From Patescibacteria group bacterium (GTDB taxonomy: Bacteria; Patescibacteriota; Minisyncoccia; Phycocordibacterales; EsbW-18): a stretch of 64,000 nt of DNA. Positions 56,474 to 64,000 of the stretch are shown here, piece after piece (position 1 is the first letter of the stretch; the number at the start of each line of letters is the position of its first letter). The notes beneath the pieces were generated by a model, which saw nothing but the letters and a program-made list of their open reading frames with translations, did no database searches and was not told the origin of the DNA. The stretch spans positions 12,965 to 76,964 of the forward strand of contig JBBTUJ010000003.1 in the NCBI GenBank assembly GCA_038063815.1, read 5' to 3'. The translations under genes were made by a program, and so were the position numbers.

Positions 56474-56567
56474 TACGTTGAGGAATTTGCTTAGTCCGAC
56501 GAGTTTGTGTGGGGGTGGTGTCCGTGTATACTTTCTATAAGAAATTAGAACCTAAAATATCTTCCAT

Positions 56568-57485
56568 ATGAACTCACGTCGCACCATTTTCTTTTTTAGC
56601 ATCGCAGTCGCCCTTCTCTTTGGCGGAGCACTTTTTATCCCTCAAAACGCACGCGCAGCCGAAGCGTGCTCATTTACACGCGACCTCGGTCTTGGCGACA
56701 CGGGCGAAGACATCCGATGTCTCCAGCGATACCTGAACTCGGAAGGGTTTACCGTCGCTGACTCTGGTGTTGGATCTCCGGGGAACGAAACGAGTTTGTT
56801 CCGCGAGAAGACAGAAGATGCAGTACGCCGTTGGCAAGTAGCAAAACTCATCTCTCCTGCAACAGGGAACTGGGGACCTCTCTCGCGCGGTCTCTACGAG
56901 CGTTTGATTGTATCGCCCACACCAACTCCTACTCTCACCCCGACACCTGACCCAGAGCCAACACAAAGCACAGAAGAAAAAACAGCTCGCACGCGGCTTC
57001 TTGCGGCACTGAACGCAATCGAAGATGCAGAGAGTGATTTTGAAGACGCGGAAGATGATGACGCGGACACAGGTGATGCAGAGGACTTCATAGAAGATGC
57101 AAAAGATGAACTTTTTGACGCACTCCGTGCATTCATCGAAGAAGAATATGAAGAAGCGATTGACTTTGCGGACGGTGCCCGCGAACGAGCACACGATGCG
57201 CAGGACGAAATAGACAGTGATAGCAACAGTGATGGCGCGGACGAAGCAGATGCAGAAGAAGCGCTCGATGACGCGGACCAAATGATTGAAGACGCAGAGG
57301 ACGAAGTCGCAGAAGCAGAAGATGATGGAGAAGACACCGGCAACGCAGAAGATCTCCTCGACGAGGCAAACGACCTTCTTGATGACGCTGAGGAAGCATT
57401 TGATGCCGAAGATTGGGATGAGGTAATAGACCTTGCAAACGAAATTGAAGATCTCGTCGACGAAGCACTCGATTCAATTGACTAA
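56568..57485 (+). CDS. secreted peptidoglycan-binding-domain protein with long D/E/A-rich low-complexity tail
   Basis: signal peptide; 'LGLGDTGEDIRCLQRYLNSEGF' PG_binding_1-like; the C-terminal 170 aa is about 45% D/E. Confidence 0.6.
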   Translation: MNSRRTIFFFSIAVALLFGGALFIPQNARAAEACSFTRDLGLGDTGEDIRCLQRYLNSEGFTVADSGVGSPGNETSLFREKTEDAVRRWQVAKLISPATGNWGPLSRGLYERLIVSPTPTPTLTPTPDPEPTQSTEEKTARTRLLAALNAIEDAESDFEDAEDDDADTGDAEDFIEDAKDELFDALRAFIEEEYEEAIDFADGARERAHDAQDEIDSDSNSDGADEADAEEALDDADQMIEDAEDEVAEAEDDGEDTGNAEDLLDEANDLLDDAEEAFDAEDWDEVIDLANEIEDLVDEALDSID

Positions 57486-57494
57486 GCACTAGAC

Positions 57495-58145
57495 GTGAAT
57501 CAATACGATTCAATAGGAGAAGAATATACCCGACAGCAACGAGAGTTCTTCGCGGGCTCTCTTGATTGGCCTCGCGAAAAAATCAGGAAACACCTTGTAG
57601 ACATAAGGGATAAAAAGATCCTGGACATAGGGTGTGGGGGCGGGGATGATATGGTTTGGTGTCAGGAGCAGGGCGCAGATGTCTACGGTATCGATCCCTC
57701 TGAAAAGATGCTTGATCTTGCGCGTGAAAAAATCGCCGACACAACGAGGGTACAGAGTGGTGGATACACGGATATCCCATTCCCCGACAGCTCTTTTGAT
57801 TTTGTTTTCGGGAGATTCTCGCTTCACTACCTCCCCACGTTTGAAGACGCATATCGAGAAGTTGCGCGCGTTATGAAACCCGGGGGTATCTTGTTGGAAA
57901 CTGTAAATCATCCCACATTCGATGTGTTTGCACTCGAAGGGGTGACAGACAAATCTCTCATCACCCTAAAGCTTTTCAATGGAAAGGTTACGATTCAGTT
58001 TCCTCCGCATACGCTCAAGGATTATTTCTCAGATACCTTCTTCCGCTTGTTTGATTTACAGGAGATAGACGAATCAGAGTCAGTTGATGCCGAAAATCCG
58101 CGTAACCTTCCAGAAACACTTTTTTTCATGGCGCAAAGAAGGTAA
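57495..58145 (+). CDS. class I SAM-dependent methyltransferase
   Basis: 'ILDIGCGGGDD' motif I, 'VMKPGGILL'. Confidence 0.75.
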   Translation: MNQYDSIGEEYTRQQREFFAGSLDWPREKIRKHLVDIRDKKILDIGCGGGDDMVWCQEQGADVYGIDPSEKMLDLAREKIADTTRVQSGGYTDIPFPDSSFDFVFGRFSLHYLPTFEDAYREVARVMKPGGILLETVNHPTFDVFALEGVTDKSLITLKLFNGKVTIQFPPHTLKDYFSDTFFRLFDLQEIDESESVDAENPRNLPETLFFMAQRR

Positions 58146-58153
58146 ATGCTATT

Positions 58154-58657
58154 ATGAAAAACCACTTTCAAGGGAACTTTGTACATCCGCAGCACGTGTC
58201 CGTTGGGGCGGTTGTCGTGAACGAGAAAAAAGAGATTTGTTGTCACCACCTGTATGCGAAAGATATAAAGGGATACTGGAAAGAGGAAGGCCTCGACGAC
58301 TTCTACCTTCTCATGAGAGAAACAATACAGCCGAATGACTCTCTTGAAACCTCTCTTAACCGCGGTCTTCAAAAAGAGTTCGGTATAACCGCAACGCTCC
58401 GTGACTACGTCGGATCTATTCAGGGTTCTTTCACACACAAGGATGTCCCAATCCAAAAAACAACACTCTACTTTCTCTGCGACCTCGTGCAGCAAGATCT
58501 CTCGCTTCGGGATACATCTGATGTGGAGGGACAAACACAAGTGGAGTGGCAGACCGCGGACTTCCTCATTCCACGCATGAAAGCGCAGGCAGAAAAATTT
58601 GGTAGGACTGATATTGATGAGTCGTTTATACTTGAGCGAGTGCAAAAGATCTTATAA
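58154..58657 (+). CDS. Nudix-like hydrolase (degenerate Nudix box)
   Basis: 'ETSLNRGLQKEFGI' resembles REx2EExGU. Confidence 0.35.
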   Translation: MKNHFQGNFVHPQHVSVGAVVVNEKKEICCHHLYAKDIKGYWKEEGLDDFYLLMRETIQPNDSLETSLNRGLQKEFGITATLRDYVGSIQGSFTHKDVPIQKTTLYFLCDLVQQDLSLRDTSDVEGQTQVEWQTADFLIPRMKAQAEKFGRTDIDESFILERVQKIL

Positions 58658-58672
58658 ATCTAAATCATACAC

Positions 58673-58966
58673 ATGACCGAAGAATCTGAAGGGTATCTGG
58701 TAAAAGAAGGGATTGCATCTAATGAAGAAGCAGCATTCGAAGCTCTCAAGGAAATCCTTGCGATAAAAAGAGCAGAAGATCCGCTTGGTACACACGAAAA
58801 AACAGCAGATTTTTCAGCGGCGCTCATTCAAGAACTTTCGGATTCTGTTGTGCGAGGGACGCGCCTCTTTCACCTGCTTGCTTCGAGCACGCTTGAAGAG
58901 GGCGTGTCGTTACCATTCGATGTTCCGGGTGGGCGTATCAAAAAGTTTATTCGCGAGGAACTGTAA
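58673..58966 (+). CDS. hypothetical protein
   Basis: 97 aa ORF, acidic N-terminus. Confidence 0.35.
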   Translation: MTEESEGYLVKEGIASNEEAAFEALKEILAIKRAEDPLGTHEKTADFSAALIQELSDSVVRGTRLFHLLASSTLEEGVSLPFDVPGGRIKKFIREEL

Positions 58967-59086
58967 CGTCAAAGGTTTTGCTTTCTTTGTACACACGATG
59001 TCTGAGTCGTTGGCTCTTCTTGCTGTGTCAGTATGCGCATATCCGTAGTGTATAATGCGCTTGTGTAAGACCGCATCCTCATTCGT

Positions 59087-59434
59087 ATGTCATCTGAATT
59101 ATTACTCAGCATCGGCGCACCCCTTCTTGGTTTCATCGTTTTCTTTGTTGTGCAGGCGGCAGGGTACACAAGCGAAAAGGTACTCACGCTTATTGCGGCA
59201 CTTTTTACAATAGTGATTCTTGTGACGAGCCCACATCGTGGAGAAGTTGCACTCTTTTGTGTGGGGCTTCTCCTAGGATTTTTTATTGAAGTCGACCTGC
59301 GACTTTTGGGTACACAGCAGGTGTGGGCAAAAGCATCACTGTTTGGTGTGCCGTACTGGCTTCCGCTGGTGTGGGGTATCGGGTTTGTTATTATTACTCG
59401 AATTGGCATCATTATTCGAAACCTTTCGCTATAA
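59087..59434 (+). CDS. small integral membrane protein
   Basis: 3-4 TM helices. Confidence 0.45.
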   Translation: MSSELLLSIGAPLLGFIVFFVVQAAGYTSEKVLTLIAALFTIVILVTSPHRGEVALFCVGLLLGFFIEVDLRLLGTQQVWAKASLFGVPYWLPLVWGIGFVIITRIGIIIRNLSL

Positions 59435-59443
59435 AAGAAACAT

Positions 59444-59995
59444 ATGGACATTTTTCCTCTACCACTTCTCCACACCCTCATTATTTGGGGGACCGTCGTT
59501 CTGCAGGTCGTCGCTGTTGTACTTTTTATTCTTTTGTTCACGCGTGAGACAAAGGTATCCCTGTGGGTTGGAAAAAACGCCCTCGCACTTTCGTTCATCC
59601 TTGTCCTCTCTGCAGTACTGGGTAGTCTGTACTACTCGGCGATTGTAGGAATTGTTCCCTGCGTGCTTTGTTGGTGGCAGAGGGTATTTATGGTCCCTTT
59701 GATATTTTTATTTGGGTCTGCGCTCTATCGCAAACAGACAGGCATGCTCTCGGGAGCGCGAATACTGTCTTTTGTTGGAGGTGGTATCGCTCTCTACCAC
59801 ATTCTTTTGCCGTTGTTTGAGAGTATCCCGGTTATCTGCGACGTTGCATCAACGGCATCGTGCATCGAACAGCCGATCATGGCTCTGGGGTACATCACCA
59901 TCCCCGTCATGTCTTTGACGGTGTTCATCATGCTCATCCTCTTTACTCTTCACGCTCGAAAAACTGCCGCTCTCCTTATTTCGGCAAAGTCATAA
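59444..59995 (+). CDS. disulfide bond formation protein B (DsbB/BdbC-like)
   Basis: 'PCVLCWWQRVFM' matches the BdbC/DsbB CxxC-QR motif; 4 TM; second Cys pair 'ICDVASTASC'. Confidence 0.6.
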   Translation: MDIFPLPLLHTLIIWGTVVLQVVAVVLFILLFTRETKVSLWVGKNALALSFILVLSAVLGSLYYSAIVGIVPCVLCWWQRVFMVPLIFLFGSALYRKQTGMLSGARILSFVGGGIALYHILLPLFESIPVICDVASTASCIEQPIMALGYITIPVMSLTVFIMLILFTLHARKTAALLISAKS

Positions 59996-60061
59996 AAGTG
60001 CTATAATCAAAGACGTTAACGAGGTTAGCGGGTATTTACTAGTAGAATCAAAATTACATAC

Positions 60062-60775
60062 ATGACTCCAAAAACACTTTGGATAGGGCTTGTTATCGTC
60101 ATTATCCTCATCGGAGGTCTTTTCATCTTCCGCTCAAATGACGCGGACGACGCGGAGAACGCAACGACGACTCCGGCAACGACCACCAGTTCGACTGGTG
60201 GATCTACAGCAACGGGTGGAACTGGAGGTACAGCACAACCGGTCCTGGCCAACGGTACATATACCCTCGACACAGAAGAGAGTTTGATCACTTGGACAGG
60301 GAAGAAGCCCCTCGTTCTTGGGTATGAGGATACCGGCACATTCGCGATAAAGAGCGGTACCGTTAAGGTCAGCGACGGTGTGGTTGTTTCAGGAGAATTT
60401 TTCATCGACATGGACTCTCTCGTGGTCACCAAGACATCAAATACGAAAATTGGAATGGACAAGCTCGAGAACCACCTTCGTTCAACGGACTTTTTTGCAA
60501 TCGAAACATATCCGAATGCAAAATTTGTTCTCACGAGCGTCGTCAATGGACAAGTAACAGGCGATCTTACGATTAAGAACAAGACAGCACCGATTTCATT
60601 CCCGGCAGCGATCCGCTCAGAAAGCGAAACACGACTTGTTGCGCAGGCGGCTCTTGTAATGAATCGTGCAACATGGGATATCCGATACGGATCGGACACA
60701 TTCTTTGACAACTTGGGTGACAATTTAATTGCTGATGAGGTGCAGTTGAGTTTGAAACTCGTTGCGACGAAGTAA
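60062..60775 (+). CDS. YceI-like domain protein
   Basis: N-terminal TM + Thr-rich linker; 'ETYPNAKFVLTSV...GDLTIKNKTAPISF' YceI fold motifs. Confidence 0.7.
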   Translation: MTPKTLWIGLVIVIILIGGLFIFRSNDADDAENATTTPATTTSSTGGSTATGGTGGTAQPVLANGTYTLDTEESLITWTGKKPLVLGYEDTGTFAIKSGTVKVSDGVVVSGEFFIDMDSLVVTKTSNTKIGMDKLENHLRSTDFFAIETYPNAKFVLTSVVNGQVTGDLTIKNKTAPISFPAAIRSESETRLVAQAALVMNRATWDIRYGSDTFFDNLGDNLIADEVQLSLKLVATK

Positions 60776-60805
60776 GTACGGACATACAGACATATCGCGG
60801 ACAGA

Positions 60806-60845
60806 CGCGGAAAACACCACCGGCCTTCTGGGGCCGGTGGTGTTT
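60806..60845. terminator. bidirectional rho-independent terminator
   Basis: AAAACACCACCGGCCttctGGGGCCGGTGGTGTTTTT. Confidence 0.8.
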
Positions 60846-60852
60846 TTACGTC

Positions 60853-61110
60853 TCAAACGTGTTCGTTTATTGATTTGGCAAGAGCGATATCTTTTTCCGT
60901 CACCGTGTTTGTGCTGTGTGTCCACGTAACGACCTCAACAAACCCCCAACCAAAACGTATCTCGGGGTGATGGCCACATTCTTCCGCCACAACCGCAACC
61001 TTTTGAACAGTCTCAAAAGCGCTCTTAAAATCAAGCGTTTTAAACGTGCGCAGAATGCGAGTTCGATCCTCCGTATAGGTCCAGTAAGAAGGAAGCGGTT
61101 CGTCCGTCAT
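60853..61110 (-). CDS. phhB: pterin-4a-carbinolamine dehydratase (PCD/DCoH)
   Basis: 'EECGHHPEIRFGWGFVEVVTWTHS' PCD signature. Confidence 0.8.
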   Translation of the reverse strand: MTDEPLPSYWTYTEDRTRILRTFKTLDFKSAFETVQKVAVVAEECGHHPEIRFGWGFVEVVTWTHSTNTVTEKDIALAKSINEHV

Positions 61111-61332
61111 ATAGGTATCTCCATGATATTAGAGTATATCTAAAAACCTTTCCCTGCCTACGCTGCACGATGGCTGGCTCCGACACGCTCGTCTCGACCT
61201 CACCGTACCACCGGTATGGCTCGGTCTCCGACTCGATGTCTCGCCGACGCCCTCGCGCGGCTCGGTTCGGGAACCCAGGTTTTCAGATATACTCTTCAGG
61301 AGGAATCATATTACCCCATAATTTTTCTACCT

Positions 61333-62196
61333 ATGTCTTTTACAGACAATCCGGAGGCAGGACGAGCGTTTAAATATGCAGGATGGCTTTTTGTCGTAGG
61401 CGCTATCTACCTTGCTCTCCTCGCGATCTCCACTATTAAGGAGTACCGCTACATTGGCGGCAATTATCCAAGCGCGAATGTAATCACCGTTTCGGGTGAA
61501 GGTGAAGTGTTTGCTGTTCCCGATATCGCGGAATTCAGCTTCTCTGTTGTTTCCGAAGCTACAACAGTCAAAGAAGCGCAAGATGAAGCGGCAACAAAGA
61601 TGAATGCAATCATCGCGTTCCTGAAAGAAAGCGACATTGAAGAAAAAGATATCCGAACGACATCGTACAGCGCAAACCCACGTTACGAATATGACAACAA
61701 CCCACGACCACTCCCGGCATATGATGCATCTGCTGGTGGATCTGCGGGTGTTGCGATGCCGGATTCGATCTCGTACTCCTATCCCTATCCAGGCAACCAA
61801 GTGCTTGTTGGATATGAGGTTCGCCAGAGTATTTCCGTTAAGGTTCGTGCCGCTGACGAGGCGGGAGAAATCCTTGATGGTGTAGGGGCGCTCGGTGCCA
61901 CAGATATGTACGGCCCGACGTTCACGATCGACGACGAAAGCAAACTCCAAGGTGAAGCGCGTGAAAAAGCGATTGAAGATGCACGTCAAAAAGCAAAGGA
62001 ACTCGCGGATGACCTCGATGTTCGATTGGTACGCATCGTCTCATTCTCTGAGAATGCTGGCGGTTGGTACCCCTATGCACGAGTGGAAATGAGCGCGCAG
62101 GCATATGACAAAGCAGAATCGGCGCCAGTTCCCGAACTTCCTCTCGGTGAGAATACAATTACCTCAATGGTGACGATCACCTACGAGATACGATAA
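61333..62196 (+). CDS. SIMPL-domain (DUF541 / BP26-like) protein
   Basis: 'VITVSGEGEVFAVPDIAEFSFSV' SIMPL N-terminal motif; N-terminal TM. Confidence 0.7.
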   Translation: MSFTDNPEAGRAFKYAGWLFVVGAIYLALLAISTIKEYRYIGGNYPSANVITVSGEGEVFAVPDIAEFSFSVVSEATTVKEAQDEAATKMNAIIAFLKESDIEEKDIRTTSYSANPRYEYDNNPRPLPAYDASAGGSAGVAMPDSISYSYPYPGNQVLVGYEVRQSISVKVRAADEAGEILDGVGALGATDMYGPTFTIDDESKLQGEAREKAIEDARQKAKELADDLDVRLVRIVSFSENAGGWYPYARVEMSAQAYDKAESAPVPELPLGENTITSMVTITYEIR

Positions 62197-62219
62197 AACG
62201 CACAAAGACCGAAAGAACA

Positions 62220-62250
62220 AAACCACCACGAGCACTGCTCGCGGTGGTTT
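62220..62250 (+). terminator. rho-independent terminator
   Basis: CCACCACGAGCAcTGCTCGCGGTGG + TTTTG. Confidence 0.7.
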
Positions 62251-62268
62251 TGCCTTTGAAAATGCTAC

Positions 62269-62401
62269 ACCCGCACACTAACTTTTGTATTGTTGCAGCA
62301 GGAGACGAACCACTTTTTCTTAAGACGGAGTAAGGGAACACTTTTCGATTTTGCTATTAAACTACAACGTAATAACGCTATACAAAAGTTAGTGTGCGGG
62401 T
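62269..62401. repeat. 22-bp perfect inverted repeat (ACCCGCACACTAACTTTTGTAT / ATACAAAAGTTAGTGTGCGGGT) enclosing an about 90-nt interior
   Basis: arms at 62269-62290 and 62380-62401; between the SIMPL terminator and the second pilB promoter (TATACT at about 62401-62406). Confidence 0.7.
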
Positions 62402-62414
62402 ATACTAAGGGTAC

Positions 62415-62454
62415 GTTTCATTGTTTTCGTTCATTGTTCGTTGTTTGTTATTTC
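62415..62454. repeat. degenerate TTCATTG heptad tandem repeat immediately upstream of the second pilB
   Basis: gtttcattgttttcgttcattgttcgttgtttgttatttc, directly 5' of the ATG at 62455. Confidence 0.6.
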
Positions 62455-64000
62455 ATGCGCGTTGACACAAATGATTTCAAAAAGTTCCTGATCGAGACCA
62501 AGCTTGCGACCCACGCCAAGCTCGAAGATCTCGAGAAAATTGCCAAAGAGCGAAAAACGTCTCTCGAGGACATCGTCGTTTCCGAAGGTGTTCTCTCTGA
62601 AGACGACGCACGACGCGCAAAAGCACATGTCCTGGGCATTCCCTTTGTTGATCTTAAAGACCAAAAGGTTGATCTGGACACTCTCTCTCTTATCCCGGAG
62701 CCCATTGCGCGAAATAACAACATCATCGCGTACAACAAGACGTCGAAAGGTCTTGAAGTCGCCATGCTTGACGTCGAAGATCTCCAAGCAATCGACTTCG
62801 TCAAGAAAAAGACAGGCCTCACGATTCTTCCGCGTTTGACCGACACCGAATCGATTAAGCACGCACTCGTTCAGTACCAGAAAAGTTTGAAAGCGGAGTT
62901 CGGTGACATCATAAGCGCTGAAGCACAAGCATTGATCGCGGTCTCTGATACGCCCGCTGATGGAGAGGAGGTATCGGGAGAAGATCTGAAGAAGCTTGCC
63001 GAAGATCTTCCAATCGTTCGTATCGTTGACACGCTTATCAAACATGCGGTGGTGCAGGATGCATCAGACATTCACATTGAACCAATGGATAAGCAACTTT
63101 TGGTGCGGTATCGCATCGATGGACTTCTTCATGATGCAATGACACTTCCGAAGCAAGCCGCGTCCGGCATCAGTGCACGTATCAAAGTGCTCGCGAGTTT
63201 AAAACTTGATGAGAAGCGTCTTCCGCAGGACGGTCGTTTCAAGATTGACCTTGATGGAGAAAAAGTTTCGTTCCGTGTATCAACACTTCCGACATATTAC
63301 GGAGAAAAAACAGTCATGCGTATTTTGCGCGAAGGGGCATCCGGATTCACACTCGAGTCACTTGGTTTTCACGGTGAAGCCCTGGAAGCCCTTCATTGGG
63401 CCACGAAACAGGCGACCGGAATGATCTTGACCACAGGTCCTACAGGTTCAGGAAAGACGACGACGCTCTATACGATGCTTGATATTTTGAACACGCCGGA
63501 CGTGAACATCTCAACGGTTGAAGATCCTATCGAGTACCAAATGCAGCGCGTCAACCAAACGCAAGTAAAACCGGAGATTGGCATGACATTCGGGAATGGG
63601 CTTCGCTCCCTCGTTCGTCAGGACCCCGATATCATCATGGTTGGAGAGATCCGTGACACGGAAACGGCGTCTCTCGCTGTGAACGCTGCACTCACTGGTC
63701 ACCTTGTTCTCTCAACACTCCACACGAACTCCGCCGCAGGTGCTATCCCGCGCATGATCGACATGGATGTCGAACCGTTTCTCCTCGTGTCGACGATCAA
63801 GGTCATTATCGGACAGCGTCTTGTGCGGACACTTACCAAAGACAAGGAAGAGTATCACTTGAATAAAGATGAACTTACGGTTCTTGCAAAAAACGTGGAC
63901 TTGGATCGCACGCTCTCATTTTTAAAAAGAGAAAACCTGATTCCTGAAAAAGCAGATTGGAAGGACGTACCATTTTATCGTCCAAAAGCGGGTCCTGATG
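62455..64000 (+). CDS. second GspE/PilB-family pilus/secretion ATPase (3' truncated by the window end)
   Basis: hand translation: 'MRVDTNDFKKF...', Walker A 'ILTTGPTGSGKTTTLY', 'GEIRDTETA', 'TLHTNSAAG'; no stop in window, so it is absent from the ORF track. Confidence 0.85.
   Translation, partial: MRVDTNDFKKFLIETKLATHAKLEDLEKIAKERKTSLEDIVVSEGVLSEDDARRAKAHVLGIPFVDLKDQKVDLDTLSLIPEPIARNNNIIAYNKTSKGLEVAMLDVEDLQAIDFVKKKTGLTILPRLTDTESIKHALVQYQKSLKAEFGDIISAEAQALIAVSDTPADGEEVSGEDLKKLAEDLPIVRIVDTLIKHAVVQDASDIHIEPMDKQLLVRYRIDGLLHDAMTLPKQAASGISARIKVLASLKLDEKRLPQDGRFKIDLDGEKVSFRVSTLPTYYGEKTVMRILREGASGFTLESLGFHGEALEALHWATKQATGMILTTGPTGSGKTTTLYTMLDILNTPDVNISTVEDPIEYQMQRVNQTQVKPEIGMTFGNGLRSLVRQDPDIIMVGEIRDTETASLAVNAALTGHLVLSTLHTNSAAGAIPRMIDMDVEPFLLVSTIKVIIGQRLVRTLTKDKEEYHLNKDELTVLAKNVDLDRTLSFLKRENLIPEKADWKDVPFYRPKAGPD

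Noticed and set aside
1-64000. CRISPR array
   Set aside because: No series of regularly spaced identical repeats with unique spacers. The CAACCAACAAC and TTCATTG repeats are tandem or simple and lack spacer structure. No cas genes were recognised.
1-64000. Alternative genetic code (UGA recoding as in some CPR lineages)
   Set aside because: Standard-code ORFs give full-length, motif-complete proteins (DnaA, PolA, CopA, PBP1A) that terminate at TGA/TAA/TAG without read-through, so code 11 fits.

Overview
This 64-kb window reads like chromosomal DNA from a small-genome, Candidate-Phyla-Radiation-like (Patescibacteria-type) bacterium using the standard genetic code, with about 50% GC overall. 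It spans the replication-origin neighbourhood: rpmH-rnpA-yidC on the minus strand facing dnaA-dnaN on the plus strand. rpmH (L34, 44 aa) is absent from the ORF track and was found by hand. The dnaA-dnaN spacer carries a long palindrome and DnaA-box-like sites. Housekeeping content: class A PBP, tyrS, ruvC/yebC/ruvB, ruvA, a Mur ligase, polA without a 3'-5' exonuclease domain, a holA-like gene, rpsT, rplS, gmk, a TsaE-Nudix fusion, and 8 tRNAs (Lys-UUU, Arg-GCG, Ser-UGA, Arg-UCU, Val-UAC, Leu-GAG, His-GUG with G-1). Two type IV pilus loci are present: a GspE/PilB ATPase at 17.6-19.3 kb, pilM/N/O at 32.9-35.2 kb, and a second PilB-type ATPase running off the window end. The first 6.5 kb holds a VirB4-centred, T4SS-like cluster of membrane and secreted proteins of unknown function. 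The later part has an AT-rich accessory stretch (TrmB-like regulator, Liv-type binding protein), then a GC-richer copper / thiol-redox island: a CsoR-family repressor with a perfect palindromic operator, CopA, DUF305, DUF1573, CcdA, an HMA-fused permease and a DsbB-like protein. The most unusual content is a set of dispersed short repeat families. (i) CAACCAACAAC-type repeats sit at gene boundaries, form a convergent-gene terminator hairpin, and encode an in-frame 'QPTTN(N)' tract in tsaE, polA and yidC. (ii) A composite inverted-repeat element flanks a four-helix-bundle ('23S rRNA IVS protein') gene and recurs empty between pilM and pilN. (iii) TTCATTG heptad tandem repeats lie at the 5' ends of three pilus/T4SS-like genes. 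(iv) Two genes share a near-identical TGnTATACT promoter. There are also two long perfect hairpins and tRNA 3'-end direct repeats that look like integration scars. No rRNA genes or CRISPR arrays were seen.
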